IMG/VR virus record: IMGVR_UViG_3300046170_000302
Source: a virus
Lineage: Duplodnaviria; Caudoviricetes
Reading direction: 5' to 3' (one strand)
Length of the DNA stretch: 64,000 bases
Below the pieces are notes generated by a model that did not search any database, had not been told where the DNA came from, and saw only the letters and a list, made by a program, of their open reading frames with translations. A program made the position numbers and the translations under genes. This document shows, piece by piece, positions 12,344 through 24,589 of the stretch. The stretch's first letter is position 1; every line of letters starts with the position of its first letter.

Positions 12344-14230
12344 ATGATTAACGAAGAGGGACTTAGAGATTGGTTTGGCAAATCCAAATCAAAAGATGGT
12401 AAACCCGGTTGGGTTCAATCTGATGGTTCCCCTTGTGCTAATGAACCTGGAGAAAAGGGAACACCTAAGTGTTACTCTTCGGCAAAGAAAGCCAGTATGT
12501 CGAAGAAAGAACTTCGATCGGCTGACACAAGAAAGTCAAGACAAGATCCCGGACAACAACAAAAGTCTGGAGCAGCCAAACCAACCTACGTTTCTACTGA
12601 TAAACCTAAAAAGAAAATGAAAGAAGAAACTTTTAACGAAGCAGAAGACAAGAAGACTAAAGGTAGTGGTACTAAAGACGCCTGTTATACTAAGGTAAAG
12701 TCTCGTTATTCTGTATGGCCTTCAGCTTATGCCTCCGGTGCATTGGTGAAGTGTCGTAAGGTTGGTGCAGCTAACTGGGGGCAACTCTACTAAGAAAGAA
12801 GAGTTTGAAGGTTTCTATGACCTTCCTGCTTTCACTGAAACTCAGATTGCAGCTATGAAGTATGCTGGTATTGAGGTAGAAGTTATTGATGAGGCATGTT
12901 GGAAGGGATATGAGAAGAAAGGTATGAAGACTATGTTTGGTAAGAAATATCCAAACTGTGTCAAGAAAGAAGAAGTAGAAACAGTTGATGAAGCCGCTGG
13001 AGGAATTATTGGTGGTGGAATGTTGGCCCTTAAAGCTTTAAAAACTGCCAAAGTAGCAAAGGGTCTTAGTACCGCCGCTAAACTTGGTTCTGCGGCATCT
13101 GCTTTAGCACCTGCAGTTAAAGTTGCAGGAGCAACAGGAGCAGCAAGTGGAGCAGGAATGGCAGCAGCTGGTGCGGTTGGTGCAGCAGGTGGATATGGTT
13201 TAGCTAAAGCTACTGAGAAGAAGAAACAACAACAAGAAGAAGTAGAAACAGTTGATGAAGCATGTTGGGATACTCACGAACAAAGGGGTATGAAAAAGAA
13301 GGGTGGCAAGATGGTACCCAACTGTGTTCCCAAAGGTTCTATGAAGAAAGAAGAAGTCACTGGTGGTATCCTTGTTCAGGATGCAGGAGATTTCAAACCC
13401 CGTGAGATTGAATCAGTTGATATCATCAAGGCTGACCCTATCAAAGGTGGACAACTTCAAGAAGTTGTAAGAACTAAGGTCCAAACCGGTAACATGTATC
13501 AAGTTATCTTTGGTTGGAGAGGTAAGATGATGATGGTGAAGTTGTTCTTCCCTGATGTATCTGTTCCAAACAGACAGAAGGTTGCTGATGCTTTGGATAA
13601 GATGTATCCTGGTTCTCAGTTGAGATCTTATTCACACTCAGTTGTTGATTATGATGATCCATATGTCAATGTAGGTGAGGAAACTATTCTTGAGAAAAAA
13701 GAAGAAGAGAAGTATTGTCGTCTCTGTGAGAAGAGAGAAACTCGTGGAACATGTGGTTATGGACCCAAAATGTTTGACAAGTTTAGTGTAGATAATGTTA
13801 GTGATACTGTAAAATCATCCGCAGCAGCTGAGTCTGATATTACAGAGGACATCAATAAAAAAGTTGAAGATAGAATGCAGTCTGATGAAAACAGAAAAAG
13901 ATCTCTGATTAGAAGTAAGATGAGAGCTTCTCGTTCGAAACAGAAAAGTGATCTACAATCTGAAGAGAATATCGAAGAAGATATGACTGGTATGTCCCAG
14001 AAGTCTGGTGACAAAAGAAGTACTGATAGTGGAGCTGGTATGACAGCTAAGGGTGTTGCTAAGTATAACAGGAGAACAGGTGGTAACCTGAAAAACTGCT
14101 GTCACAACTCCTCCTTCTAAACTGAAAACCTGGTTCAAAAGCCGCAGGACGTAGAAAGAGTTTCTGTGCAAGATCTAAGAGTTGGAAAGGTGAAAGAGGA
14201 TTAGCTGCACGTCGTCGTTGGAACTGTTAG
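12344..14230 (+). CDS. Modular Lys/Glu-rich late protein, putative internal-head polyprotein (frameshifts near 12780 and 14095)
   Basis: Short modules separated by [VILF]-x-E linkers; two ACW..PNCV modules; ends RRKSFCARSKSWKGERGLAARRRWNC. Confidence 0.65.
12967..13261 (+). repeat. Perfect 28-bp direct repeat AAGAAGAAGTAGAAACAGTTGATGAAGC (12967-12994 and 13234-13261)
   Basis: Read directly; both copies encode EEVETVDEA and flank an Ala/Gly/Lys-rich module. Confidence 0.9.
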
Positions 14231-14236
14231 TAATTT

Positions 14237-15905
14237 ATGAGTAATGATGTTTATCTTGGTAATCCCCTTTTAAAAAAGGCGAATACACCAATTGAGTTCA
14301 CACAAGAACAGATTGAGGAGTATATTAAGTGTAGGGAAGACCCTGTATACTTTGCTCAAAACTATGTGAAGATTGTGACCTTGGATCATGGTCTTCAACC
14401 GTTTAAAACTTATGACTTCCAAGAGAAGTTAATCAATAATTTTCACAATAACAGATTTAATATCTGTAAGATGCCTCGACAGACTGGTAAATCTACCACA
14501 TGTGTGTCGTATCTACTTCACTATGCTATTTTTAATAGTAGTGTAAATATTGGTATTCTGGCTAACAAAGCCACAACTGCTAGGGAACTATTAGCGAGGT
14601 TAGCTACTGCATATGAGAACTTACCTAAGTGGATGCAACAAGGCATTCTGGTCTGGAATAAAGGAAACATCGAACTGGAAAACGGATCAAAAATACTCGC
14701 TGCATCAACTTCCGCTTCAGCTGTCCGAGGAATGTCTTTTAACATTCTTTTTCTGGACGAGTTCGCCTTTGTTCCTAATCACGTTGCTGACGCATTCTTT
14801 GCCTCTGTATATCCTACTATCACTTCAGGTAAATCAACGAAAGTAATTATTGTATCCACCCCTCACGGGATGAACCACTTTTACAGATTGTGGATGGATG
14901 CAGAGAAACAGAGAAACGAATATATTCCAACCGATGTCCACTGGTCAGAAGTTCCTGGTAGAGATGTTGTATGGAAAGAACAGACTATTGCCAACACATC
15001 AGAACAACAATTTAAGATTGAGTTTGAGTGTGAGTTCCTTGGATCTGTTGACACACTGATTGCACCGAGTAAACTGAAGTCTCTGGTATTTGAAAAGTCC
15101 ATTCAAAATAATGCTGGTTTAGATGTATATGTTAAACCCGAGGACAAACATGATTACGCGATTACTGTTGACGTTGCACGTGGGGTTGGTAATGACTACA
15201 GTGCTTTTGTTGTTGTTGACATAACTACTTTCCCTCATAAAGTTGTAGCTAAGTATAGAGATAACACTATTAAACCAATGTTGTTTCCAAGTGTCATCTA
15301 TGAGGTGGCTAGGAGTTACAACCAAGCTTTTATTCTATGTGAAGTGAATGATGTTGGTGATCAGGTTGCTTCTATTCTCCAATATGATTTGGAATATCAG
15401 AACCTACTGATGTGTTCTATGAGAGGTAGAGCAGGTCAGATTGTAGGACAAGGTTTCTCTGGACAAAAGACACAATTGGGTGTTAAGATGTCTAAGACTG
15501 TAAAGAAGGTCGGATCACTGAACCTCAAGACAATGATTGAGGAAGATAAGTTACTCTTCTGTGACTATGATATAATCTCAGAACTTACAACCTTCATCTC
15601 TAAATCGAATTCTTTTGAAGCAGAAGAAGGATGTAATGATGACTTGGCTATGTGTCTTGTCATCTATGCTTGGTTAGTTGCTCAAGGACTACTTTAAAGA
15701 ACTTACAGACCAGGACATTCGCAAAAGACTGTATGACGAACAAAAAAATCAAATCGAACAGGACATGGCTCCATTTGGTTTTATCGATGATGGGTTGGAT
15801 TCTTCTAGCTTTGTAGATAGTGAAGGTGACAGATGGTCTGTTGCTAAAAACGATGAGTATGGAACAACTGCTGGTGGTATGGATTATATGTGGAATTCTT
15901 GGTAA
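14237..15905 (+). CDS. g17: Terminase large subunit gp17 (frameshift near 15685)
   Basis: YLGNPLLKKAN start, Walker A PRQTGKST, Walker B ILFLDEFAF, nuclease motif NDDLAM. Confidence 0.96.
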
Positions 15906-16129
15906 TGAATATTGATGATCAACTATCACTAGGTCCACTATTCCTTACAGATAGGAAGTGTAGAACTTGTGGTATAACGAAAAATTTGATTGATGGATTT
16001 TATAAGAAAGGAAGAGGAATAAATCCATCCTCATATTCTTATGAATGTAAATCTTGTTCTATAAAAAGAATTATAAAAAATAGAAGAAAGAGGAATACAT
16101 CTACAGATTGGTCATATCCTGACTGGTAG
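15905..16129 (+). CDS. Small Zn-finger-like hypothetical protein
   Basis: CRTC..(FYKK)..YECKSC double CxxC; TAATG-coupled to g17. Confidence 0.65.
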   Translation: MNIDDQLSLGPLFLTDRKCRTCGITKNLIDGFYKKGRGINPSSYSYECKSCSIKRIIKNRRKRNTSTDWSYPDW

Positions 16130-16212
16130 ACTTGTTTACCCATTGTTTTCCCACCTAAATGTCCAATTTTCATAAATATTTTCAGGTATAACTGAGAACT
16201 AAGGAGAAACAA

Positions 16213-18402
16213 ATGGCTACTCCTCAATTATCTCCTGGTATTCTAATCAGGGAAGTTGATCAAACAGTAGGAAGGTCAGAGAACGTTCTCGACAACATCG
16301 GAGCAATTGCAGGACCTTTTGCTATCGGTCCTGTCGATGAAGCGATTACGATCGAGACTGAGCAACAGCTTATCAATACATATGGTAAGCCAATGTCTAC
16401 TGACAGACAGTATGAGTATTGGATGTCTGCAAGCTCTTTCCTGAGCTATGGTGGTATTTTGAAAGTAGTAAGAACCGGTGGTGGTTCTTTGAATAACGCT
16501 AACGCTGCTGTTGGAGCAGCAAGCGCTACACTTAAGATTGACAACTATGATGATTATGAAGAAAATCATCTGAACGACAACTCTTTCGTATACGCTTCTA
16601 AGAATCCTGGTTCATGGGGAACCAATCTTAAAGTATGTACGATTGATAACGCAGCTGACCAAACAATTGGAATCAACACTATTAGTCCTTTATTGGCTGG
16701 AGCCATTGTTGGACATGGTGTTACTAGTGCACTTTCTGATGTTGTTATTCCTGGAGCAGGAACAACTACAACATTTACTGGTTATCTGAAGGGCATCATT
16801 ACTGGTGTTTCTACCGATACTGTCAATGGAAACTCCACAATCGATGTTAAGATTGTATCTCAGGTTTCTTCAGCTGGTACAGAAACCAAACTGAACTATC
16901 AACAATCCAACGCGGCTCGTTCGTTTGAAGCAGCTGATGGTATTAAGTTTGTAAACAACGTTGGTGTCAACACTGGTAATGGAAAAGTAACGGCTGCTGC
17001 TTCAGCAGTTGATTGGTACGAACAACAAACACTTGATTTAAATAACTCTGTTGTTTATTGGAAATCACTGGCACCTAAACCTGTTGATAGTAACTTCTCT
17101 GCTTCTAGAAGTGGAAAAAATGACAGTATTCATGTTGTAGTTGTTGATGATCAAGGCACAATAACAGGTTCACAGGGAACTATTCTTGAGAAATTCCTAA
17201 GTCTCTCCAAAGCAAAGGATGCAACAGCTGATGGAAGCAATCCTACTAGAACTTTCTATAAGGATTTTATTGCACTGAATTCCAATTATATCTACGCTGG
17301 ATATAATACTTCACAGGCAGTTGACGGATTCCACGGCACTTCGCCTCTAGCTAACGGATTCTCAACAGGATATACGGCAAATACAATTGGTGCAGGTCTT
17401 TGGGGACAAGATGCACAAGGTATTAACTTCTCCTCTATCGGCAATAAGTCTTACACTTTAGCTGGTGGTGTTGATTATCAAGCTGGTGGTGGTATGGCCG
17501 CTACACTTGGAGGATTGAATACTTCTTACAATCTCTTCAGCAATAAGGATGAGGTTGCAGTTGATTACATTATGATGGGTCCAGGACTCTCAGTGGAAAG
17601 TGAATCACAAGCCAAAGCAAATCTAGTCATCTCTCTTGCTGAGGGAAGAAAAGATTGTATGGCTGTTGTTTCTCCACATAGAGCTAATGTTGTTAATGTT
17701 AGCAACACAACAACACAAACTGATAACCTGTTGAGATACTACTCAGCATTAAGTTCTTCTTCTTACGCAGTATTTGACTCTGGTTACAAGTACACCTACG
17801 ATAGATTTAATAACGAATTCCGTTATCTTCCATGTAACCCAGATATCGCTGGTTTGATGGTTAGAACATCTATCCAATCTTTCCCTTGGTTCTCACCAGC
17901 TGGATTGACTAGAGGTGTTCTGAATAACGCTGTCAAGTTGGCTTACAACCCATCTAAATCACAAAGAGATCTTCTTTATGGAGCTAGGGTTAACTCTATC
18001 GTAAATCAGAGAGGATCTGGTATTGTCTTGTTTGGTGATAAGACAGCTCTGGCTTACGCTTCAGCGTTTGACAGAATCAACGTTAGAAGACTGTTCCTCA
18101 CAGTCGAACAAGCTCTTGAATCCGCGGCTAACGCACAACTCTTCCAACTCAACGACTCGATTACAAGGTCTAACTTTGTGAACATCGTTGAACCTTATTT
18201 GAGAGATGTTGAGGCTAAAAGAGGTATTTACGGTTTCGTGGTTGTTTGTGATGATGAAAATAACACTCCTGACATCATTGACAACAATGAGTTTAGAGCT
18301 GATATTTACCTGAAACCCACTAAGTCAATCAACTACATTACTCTTACATTCGTGGCAACCAGAACTGGTGTCTCGTTTGAAGAAATTGTTGGTACTGTTT
18401 GA
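16213..18402 (+). CDS. g18: Tail sheath protein gp18
   Basis: LSPGILIREVD start; PWFSPAG..RG; FDRINVRRLF; KPTKSINYITLTFVATRTG. Confidence 0.97.
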   Translation: MATPQLSPGILIREVDQTVGRSENVLDNIGAIAGPFAIGPVDEAITIETEQQLINTYGKPMSTDRQYEYWMSASSFLSYGGILKVVRTGGGSLNNANAAVGAASATLKIDNYDDYEENHLNDNSFVYASKNPGSWGTNLKVCTIDNAADQTIGINTISPLLAGAIVGHGVTSALSDVVIPGAGTTTTFTGYLKGIITGVSTDTVNGNSTIDVKIVSQVSSAGTETKLNYQQSNAARSFEAADGIKFVNNVGVNTGNGKVTAAASAVDWYEQQTLDLNNSVVYWKSLAPKPVDSNFSASRSGKNDSIHVVVVDDQGTITGSQGTILEKFLSLSKAKDATADGSNPTRTFYKDFIALNSNYIYAGYNTSQAVDGFHGTSPLANGFSTGYTANTIGAGLWGQDAQGINFSSIGNKSYTLAGGVDYQAGGGMAATLGGLNTSYNLFSNKDEVAVDYIMMGPGLSVESESQAKANLVISLAEGRKDCMAVVSPHRANVVNVSNTTTQTDNLLRYYSALSSSSYAVFDSGYKYTYDRFNNEFRYLPCNPDIAGLMVRTSIQSFPWFSPAGLTRGVLNNAVKLAYNPSKSQRDLLYGARVNSIVNQRGSGIVLFGDKTALAYASAFDRINVRRLFLTVEQALESAANAQLFQLNDSITRSNFVNIVEPYLRDVEAKRGIYGFVVVCDDENNTPDIIDNNEFRADIYLKPTKSINYITLTFVATRTGVSFEEIVGTV

Positions 18403-18435
18403 TCGATACTAACACATTAAAGAGGAACCCTAAAA

Positions 18436-19090
18436 ATGGCACAAACAAAAACACTATCTAATTTCAAATCCAGGTTAGCAGGGCGGTGGAGCCCGTCCTA
18501 ACCTGTTTGAGGTAACTCTTCCCTCATTTCCCGGAGCCGCTGAGGATTTCTGGGGTGAGGGTGAGAACGAATCAAACACCAAGATGGCCTTCTTGTGTAA
18601 GGCAGCTCAACTTCCAGCCTCTACTGTAGCAGAAGTACCTGTTGCTTTCAGAGGTAGAGAACTGAAGGTTGCTGGAGAAAGAACCTTCGATCCTTGGACT
18701 GTTACCATCATCAATGATGAGGACTTTAGTCTGAGAACAGCATTCGAAGCTTGGATGAACAAACTTTCGAAATTGGACGACGCAACTGGTGTCACTAACC
18801 CAACTTCTTATATGACTGACGCTTATGTTCATCAACTGGGTCGTGGCGCAGAAAAATTTGCTGCAACCAATACTGGTAAGGAATCATCTGTTCTTAGAAC
18901 TTATAAGTTTTACTCTATCTTCCCGACTAATGTATCAGCTATTGAACTTAGCTATGATACAACTAATACTGTTGAAGAATTTACTGTTGAATTCCAAGTT
19001 CAGTACTTCACTATCGGTGAAACTGAGGAAGTATCAGAATCAACTGACCCAACGGCAGAATCTTCGGATAATGCAAACTTAATCCGATAA
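18436..19090 (+). CDS. g19: Tail tube protein gp19 (frameshift near 18482)
   Basis: ATG at 18436 (MAQTKTLSNFKSRLAGGGARPNLFEV after removing one G); FRGRELKVAGERTFDPWTVTIIND. Confidence 0.93.
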
Positions 19091-19140
19091 GTTTTAACCT
19101 GATAAATAACTAGAACGGAAGTTACTAGTTACTCTATAAA

Positions 19141-20786
19141 ATGGCGAGACTATTTGGATTCTCAATTGAAGATAACGAGAAAAACCCGCCTGGTGTAATA
19201 TCTCCGGTCCCACCGAATAAAAACGATGGGCAAGAGAGTTATATCAGTAGCGGGTTTTTTGGTTCGTATGTAGATATTGAGGGCGTTTATCGTAACGAAA
19301 ACGAACTTATCAGAAGATACAGGTCTATGGCTTTGTATCCAGAATGTGATAGTGCGATTGAAGACATTGTAAATGAAGCAATTGTTTCTGATACGAACGA
19401 TAGTCCCGTATCAATCGAGCTATCAAACTTGAATGCCAGTGATGGTATTAAAAAGAAACTAAGAGAAGAATTTAAATATATCTTAGAACTTTTGGACTTC
19501 GATAAGAAGGCTCATGAGATCTTCCGTAACTGGTATATCGATGGAAGACTCTATTACAACAAAGTAATTGACCAGAAAAATCCTCAAGATGGTATTCAAG
19601 AACTGAGATATATTGATTCTGCAAAGATGAAGTATGTTCGTCAGGTCAAGAAGACCAGAAATGATGGATTGGCTAGAGCTGAACAAGATAATCCAGCAAC
19701 ATATAACTTCCCAGAACTAGAAGAGTATTTCATCTATACTCCTGGTGGAAGTAACCAATATGGTTCTTCTCCAGCTAAGGGAATTAAACTAACTAAGGAT
19801 TCAGTTACATATTGTACCTCTGGATTGGTAGATAGAAATAAGGGATCAACCCTTTCATGGCTACACAAATCAATCAAACCACTCAATCAATTGATGATGA
19901 TTGAGGATAGTTTGGTAATCTATCGTCTTTCGAGAGCACCAGAAAGAAGAATCTTCTACATTGACGTTGGTAATCTACCAAAACAAAAGGCAGAAGCATA
20001 CCTTCGTGATGTGATGCAACGTTATAGAAATAAACTTGTCTATGATGCTAACACTGGTGAAATCAGAGATGATAAGAAATTCATGTCAATGATGGAAGAT
20101 TTTTGGCTTCCTAGACGTGAAGGTGGTAGAGGAACTGAGATTACTACACTTCCTGGTGGTCAAAACCTTGGAGAAATCTCTGATATTAACTACTTTCAGA
20201 AGAAATTGTATAGGTCACTGAATGTGCCTGAGACAAGACTTCAGGGAGATAGTGGATTTTCGATGGGTCGTTCTTCTGAAATCCTCAGAGATGAAGTCAA
20301 GTTCTCCAAGTTTGTTGGAAGAATGAGAAAGAGATTCTCTGAAATGTTCAGTGATATGTTGAAGACTCAACTTATTCTGAAGAATATCATTACTCCTGAA
20401 GATTGGGAGTATATGAATGATCATATTCAGTATGATTTCCTCTATGATAATCACTTTGCAGAACTGAAAGATGCGGAACTTCTAAGAGAAAGACTGACTC
20501 TGGCAGAACAAACACAACAATATGTTGGTAAATACTATTCTAATGATTATGTAAGAAGATCTGTTCTTCGTCAAACTGATGAAGAAATCATTGAACAAGA
20601 TAAACTTATCGAGAAAGAGATTGAATCTGGAGCACTTCCAGATCCTGCAATGGCAGCTCTAGATCCTATGGCAGGTGGTGACTCCAGCTGCTTGGTGGAG
20701 CTTTACCTCCAGCAACTAGTGGTTCAGCTCCTCTTGATCCACCAACACCAGAAGCTCCTGAAACTCCCACTGGTGGGGAGATCTAA
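19141..20786 (+). CDS. g20: Portal protein gp20 (probable frameshift near 20680 in the Pro-rich tail)
   Basis: YRLSRAPERRIFYIDVGNLP; EDFWLPRREGGRGTEITTLPGGQNLG. Confidence 0.97.
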
Positions 20787-20805
20787 ATAAAGAAAAATTA
20801 CACCT

Positions 20806-21024
20806 ATGGACATGGATGAACTTATGGATTTGCTGGTGAAGGATGAATCACCTTCAGCAGTAAGTGATGCAATTAAAGATCAGTTGTTCTCACGAACTGC
20901 TGAAAAGATTCAAGGGATTAGACCCAACGTTGCTGCATCAATTTTTGATGATGACGTTAATCTAGATTCCGAAGAAGCACCCGAAGTTGATGGTGACATC
21001 GACTTGGATGCGGAAATTCAATAA
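20806..21024 (+). CDS. Small acidic prohead-core-like protein
   Basis: 72 aa, very acidic, between portal and protease (position of T4 gp67/gp68). Confidence 0.6.
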   Translation: MDMDELMDLLVKDESPSAVSDAIKDQLFSRTAEKIQGIRPNVAASIFDDDVNLDSEEAPEVDGDIDLDAEIQ

Positions 21025-21049
21025 ATAACATCATACACTAGGTATATCA

Positions 21050-21318
21050 ATGGCCAGAACATTACTAGTCGGTGCAGAGATTGCATGTCCGACGACTGCA
21101 GGAGCCGCCACTAGTTTTACTGGAGCTAGTGTGGTTCGTTTGATTAATACTAACGCCGCTATCCAAAAAGTAACCGTATTGGAAACACAAAGTGGAGTCG
21201 GAGTCGGTTCTATGACTATTGCTCCCAATAGTGTTGAATTTTTGGAGAAAAATCAACTCAAGTTGTATTTGCAGCTAGTGCGGACGTTTTAGGAACTCAA
21301 GTAGGTTACACAGCTTAA
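21050..21318 (+). CDS. Small hypothetical virion protein (frameshift near 21250)
   Basis: MARTLLVGAE.. continues after the shift as ..VFAASADVLGTQVGYTA; late promoter upstream. Confidence 0.6.
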
Positions 21319-21322
21319 AACC

Positions 21323-21973
21323 ATGAAACTAATTAGAGAAGAAATTGAACAGGTAGAAGTTATCGTTGAAGAACGCAACGGTAAGAAAAACATGTTCATC
21401 GAAGGAATCTTCCTACAGGGAGACCTCAAGAATAGAAATGGTCGTATGTATCCAATGGAAACTCTGAGAAGAGAAGTCCAAAGATACAGTGAGAACCACA
21501 TTCATGCAGGTAGAGCTCTTGGAGAACTGGGACACCCAGATGGCCCAACAGTTAATCTGGATCGCGTCAGTCACAAAATTGTTTCTCTCAAAGAGAGCGG
21601 AAACAACTTTATCGGTAAGGCCAAAATCTTATCGACTCCGATGGGTAAGATTGCAGAGTCTCTCATTAGCGAAGGAGTTAAGTTGGGCGTTTCTTCTAGA
21701 GGAATCGGATCACTCAAACAAACAAGAGAAGGTGTAAATGTTGTTGGTGATGACTTTATGTTATCAACAGCAGCTGACATCGTTTCTGATCCTTCTGCAC
21801 CTGATGCTTTCGTTGAAGGCATTATGGAAGGTAAGGATTGGGTTTGGGATGGTGGCATCTTGAGAGAATCTCAAGTAGCTAAGACCTACAAGTATATCAA
21901 TACACTGGTCGATCAAAAACAACTTGATGAGAAAAAGTTGGATGTCTTCAACAGTTTCTTAAATAGTCTCTGA
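21323..21973 (+). CDS. g21: Prohead protease gp21
   Basis: NRNGRMYP, ALGELGHP, LGVSSRGIGS, DPSAPDA motifs. Confidence 0.97.
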   Translation: MKLIREEIEQVEVIVEERNGKKNMFIEGIFLQGDLKNRNGRMYPMETLRREVQRYSENHIHAGRALGELGHPDGPTVNLDRVSHKIVSLKESGNNFIGKAKILSTPMGKIAESLISEGVKLGVSSRGIGSLKQTREGVNVVGDDFMLSTAADIVSDPSAPDAFVEGIMEGKDWVWDGGILRESQVAKTYKYINTLVDQKQLDEKKLDVFNSFLNSL

Positions 21974-21994
21974 TAATACAGAGATACTCAATAT

Positions 21995-22002
21995 TATAAA
22001 TA
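21995..22002 (+). promoter_or_regulatory. T4-type late promoter TATAAATA upstream of g22/g23
   Basis: Exact consensus in an AT-rich intergenic region. Confidence 0.75.
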
Positions 22003-22044
22003 AATATAGATTAAATAAATAAGGTTAATCGGAGTAAAGTTCAA

Positions 22045-23101
22045 ATGTCTCGTGGAGATCTACAAGAAATGGAGCAATCCAAAACTGCTGTGAATGCGAA
22101 CGCCAAAGGCCGGTGATCCCATTCAGAAACTGGCCCCTGGAGCTGTAGCTGGACAACCAGCTGTAGAAGACCTCGGTGGACCTACCCCTGAAAACTATAA
22201 ATCTGATGACGATTCAGCAAAGCTCAAAGAGCCTAAGATCGCCACCGTTAAAGATGTAGTTAATAAAGGAGCCAAGGCCGCTGATCCTATGAAGGGAATG
22301 AAAGAAGAGGAAGAAGTTTCCTCTGAAGAAGTTCTGGAAGAGGAGCCCGTCGCAACAGAAGCTACTGTCGAAGAAGAGATTGACATCGAAGAAGATGTTA
22401 ACGCTCTCCTCGGTGGTGAAGATTTGTCTGAAGAGTTTAGAGAGAAGGCCAAGATGGTCTTCGAATCAGCTCTCAACTCTAAAGTTTCTGAAATCCATGA
22501 GGCACTAGAAGCCCAGTATGAAATCAAACTGGAAGAAGCTAGAGAGGGCCTGAAAGAAGCCCTTACCGATAGAGTTGATTCGTATCTTGAGTACGTCGCT
22601 GAAGAGTGGATGACCGAGAACGAATTGGCCATCGAACATGGTCTCAAGACCGAAATGACCGAGTCCTTCCTTTCTGGAATGAAGGGACTCTTTGAAGAAC
22701 ATTATGTAACAATCCCTGAAGACAAATATGATGTACTTGAGAGTATGGTAGAAAAACTTGATGATATGGAAACCAAGCTCAATGAGCAAATTGACAAGAA
22801 CATTGGTCTGAATCAGCGTTTGTCTGAATCAGTATCTGACAATATTCTTGATCAAGTTTCTGAAGGACTTGCAGTCACTCAGAAAGAAAAGCTCGCCTCA
22901 CTTGCTGAAAGTGTTGAGTTTGAAAGTGAAGAAGAATATCGTGAAAAGCTGGAGACCCTGAAGGAGTCGTACTTCTCCAAGGCCCCAACTGCAAAATCGG
23001 AAGCCCCACAGACACTTTCTGAGGGTGTAGATACGACTGATGCTCCTGTAGCATCTAGTATGGAAGCCTATCTCAGAACTCTGAACGCTTTCAAAAAGTG
23101 A
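22045..23101 (+). CDS. g22: Prohead core scaffold gp22 (frameshift near 22106)
   Basis: ATG at 22045; DLGGPTPENY, VDSYLEYVAEEWMTENELAIEHG; directly before g23. Confidence 0.93.
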
Positions 23102-23148
23102 ATTTTAGATTAATTCAAACAAAACACAAAATCAAAAGGTAAAAGCAA

Positions 23149-24588
23149 ATGTTCCAATCCGAGCATCTGCAGGAAAAGTGGAGTCCCCTCCTCGATTATG
23201 AGGGTCTCGATCCTATTAAGGATTCACATCGTAGAAGTGTGACCGCTGTCCTGCTTGAGAACCAAGAAAAGTTCCTCAAAGAAGAGCAAGCATTTAGTCA
23301 GGGTATCAACCTGATGGAATCACCCACCAACTCAGCTAACGCTGCTGGTGCTTCAGGTGGTTTCTCTGGATCCGCAACCGCAGCTGGTCCTGTTGCTGGT
23401 TTCGATCCCGTTCTGATCTCTTTGATCAGACGCGCAATGCCTAACCTGGTCGCTTATGACCTGGCTGGCGTTCAACCTATGAATGGACCTACTGGACTCA
23501 TCTTCGCGATGAGATCCCGTTATGAGAATCAGGCTGGAGCTGAGGCTCTATTCGACGAAGCTAACACTGTATTCTCTGGACAAAACAAGAACGGAGCCCT
23601 TAACGCTGGTTGGGAAGACCAGGCTGTTGGTCTGGGAACCGGAACACAGAGAGGAGACAATCCTGGTGTTCTTAACCCCGTTGGTGCTGCTTCTACTAAC
23701 GTAGCTGCCTACACCACTGGTCCTGGTATGGCTACAGGCGACGCTGAGAACCTTGATGGTACCGGCAACGAAGCCTTCAACCAAATGGCTTTCTCGATCG
23801 AGAAAGTTACTGTTACCGCTAAGTCTAGAGCACTGAAGGCTGAGTACAGTCTGGAACTGGCTCAAGACCTTAAGGCTATCCACGGTCTTAACGCTGAAGC
23901 CGAACTGGCTAACATCCTTTCTACTGAAATCTTGGCCGAGATTAACCGTGAGGTTATCCGTACCATCTATATGACAGCAGAACAGGGTGCAGCTCAGAAC
24001 GTTGCTACTCAGGGTGTATTTGACCTGGACATCGACTCCAATGGTCGTTGGTCTGTTGAGAAGTTCAAAGGACTTCTTTTCCAAATCGAGCGTGACGCTA
24101 ACGCGATCGCACAAAGAACTCGTAGAGGGAAAGGCAACATGGTTCTGTGTTCCGCAGACGTTGCTTCCGCACTTACGATGGCTGGTATCCTGGATTACAC
24201 TCCAGCACTCAACGCTAACTTGAACGTTGATGACACCGGTAACACATTCGCTGGTACGATTAACGGTAAGTTCCGTGTATACATCGACCCCTATTCGGCC
24301 AACCTGACTTCGGGTAATGGTCCTAATGGTAACCAGTATTACGTTGTTGGATATAAGGGTTCTTCCCCTTATGACGCTGGACTGTTCTATTGTCCTTACG
24401 TTCCCCTTCAAATGGTTCGTGCTGTTGGAGAGAACTCCTTCCAGCCTAAAATTGGCTTCAAGACCCGTTATGGTCTGGTTGCTAACCCATTCGCCGAAGG
24501 TTCAGCAGCTGATGGTCAGGGTCTTGGTAGACTCCGTGTTAACTCCAACCGTTACTACAGACGTGTTGCTGTTAAGAACCTCATGTGA
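23149..24588 (+). CDS. g23: Major capsid protein gp23
   Basis: GVQPMNGPTGLIFAMR, SRALKAEYSLELAQDLKAIHGL, FYCPYVPL, FKTRYG. Confidence 0.98.
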   Translation: MFQSEHLQEKWSPLLDYEGLDPIKDSHRRSVTAVLLENQEKFLKEEQAFSQGINLMESPTNSANAAGASGGFSGSATAAGPVAGFDPVLISLIRRAMPNLVAYDLAGVQPMNGPTGLIFAMRSRYENQAGAEALFDEANTVFSGQNKNGALNAGWEDQAVGLGTGTQRGDNPGVLNPVGAASTNVAAYTTGPGMATGDAENLDGTGNEAFNQMAFSIEKVTVTAKSRALKAEYSLELAQDLKAIHGLNAEAELANILSTEILAEINREVIRTIYMTAEQGAAQNVATQGVFDLDIDSNGRWSVEKFKGLLFQIERDANAIAQRTRRGKGNMVLCSADVASALTMAGILDYTPALNANLNVDDTGNTFAGTINGKFRVYIDPYSANLTSGNGPNGNQYYVVGYKGSSPYDAGLFYCPYVPLQMVRAVGENSFQPKIGFKTRYGLVANPFAEGSAADGQGLGRLRVNSNRYYRRVAVKNLM

Positions 24589-24589
24589 T

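Noticed and set aside
15905-16129. Homing endonuclease between g17 and g18
   Set aside because: It has only two CxxC pairs in 74 aa and no catalytic HNH/GIY-YIG domain
23548-24411. 287-aa minus-strand ORF antisense to g23
   Set aside because: Shadow ORF expected from the strong codon bias of a highly expressed gene; no RBS, promoter or recognisable motif
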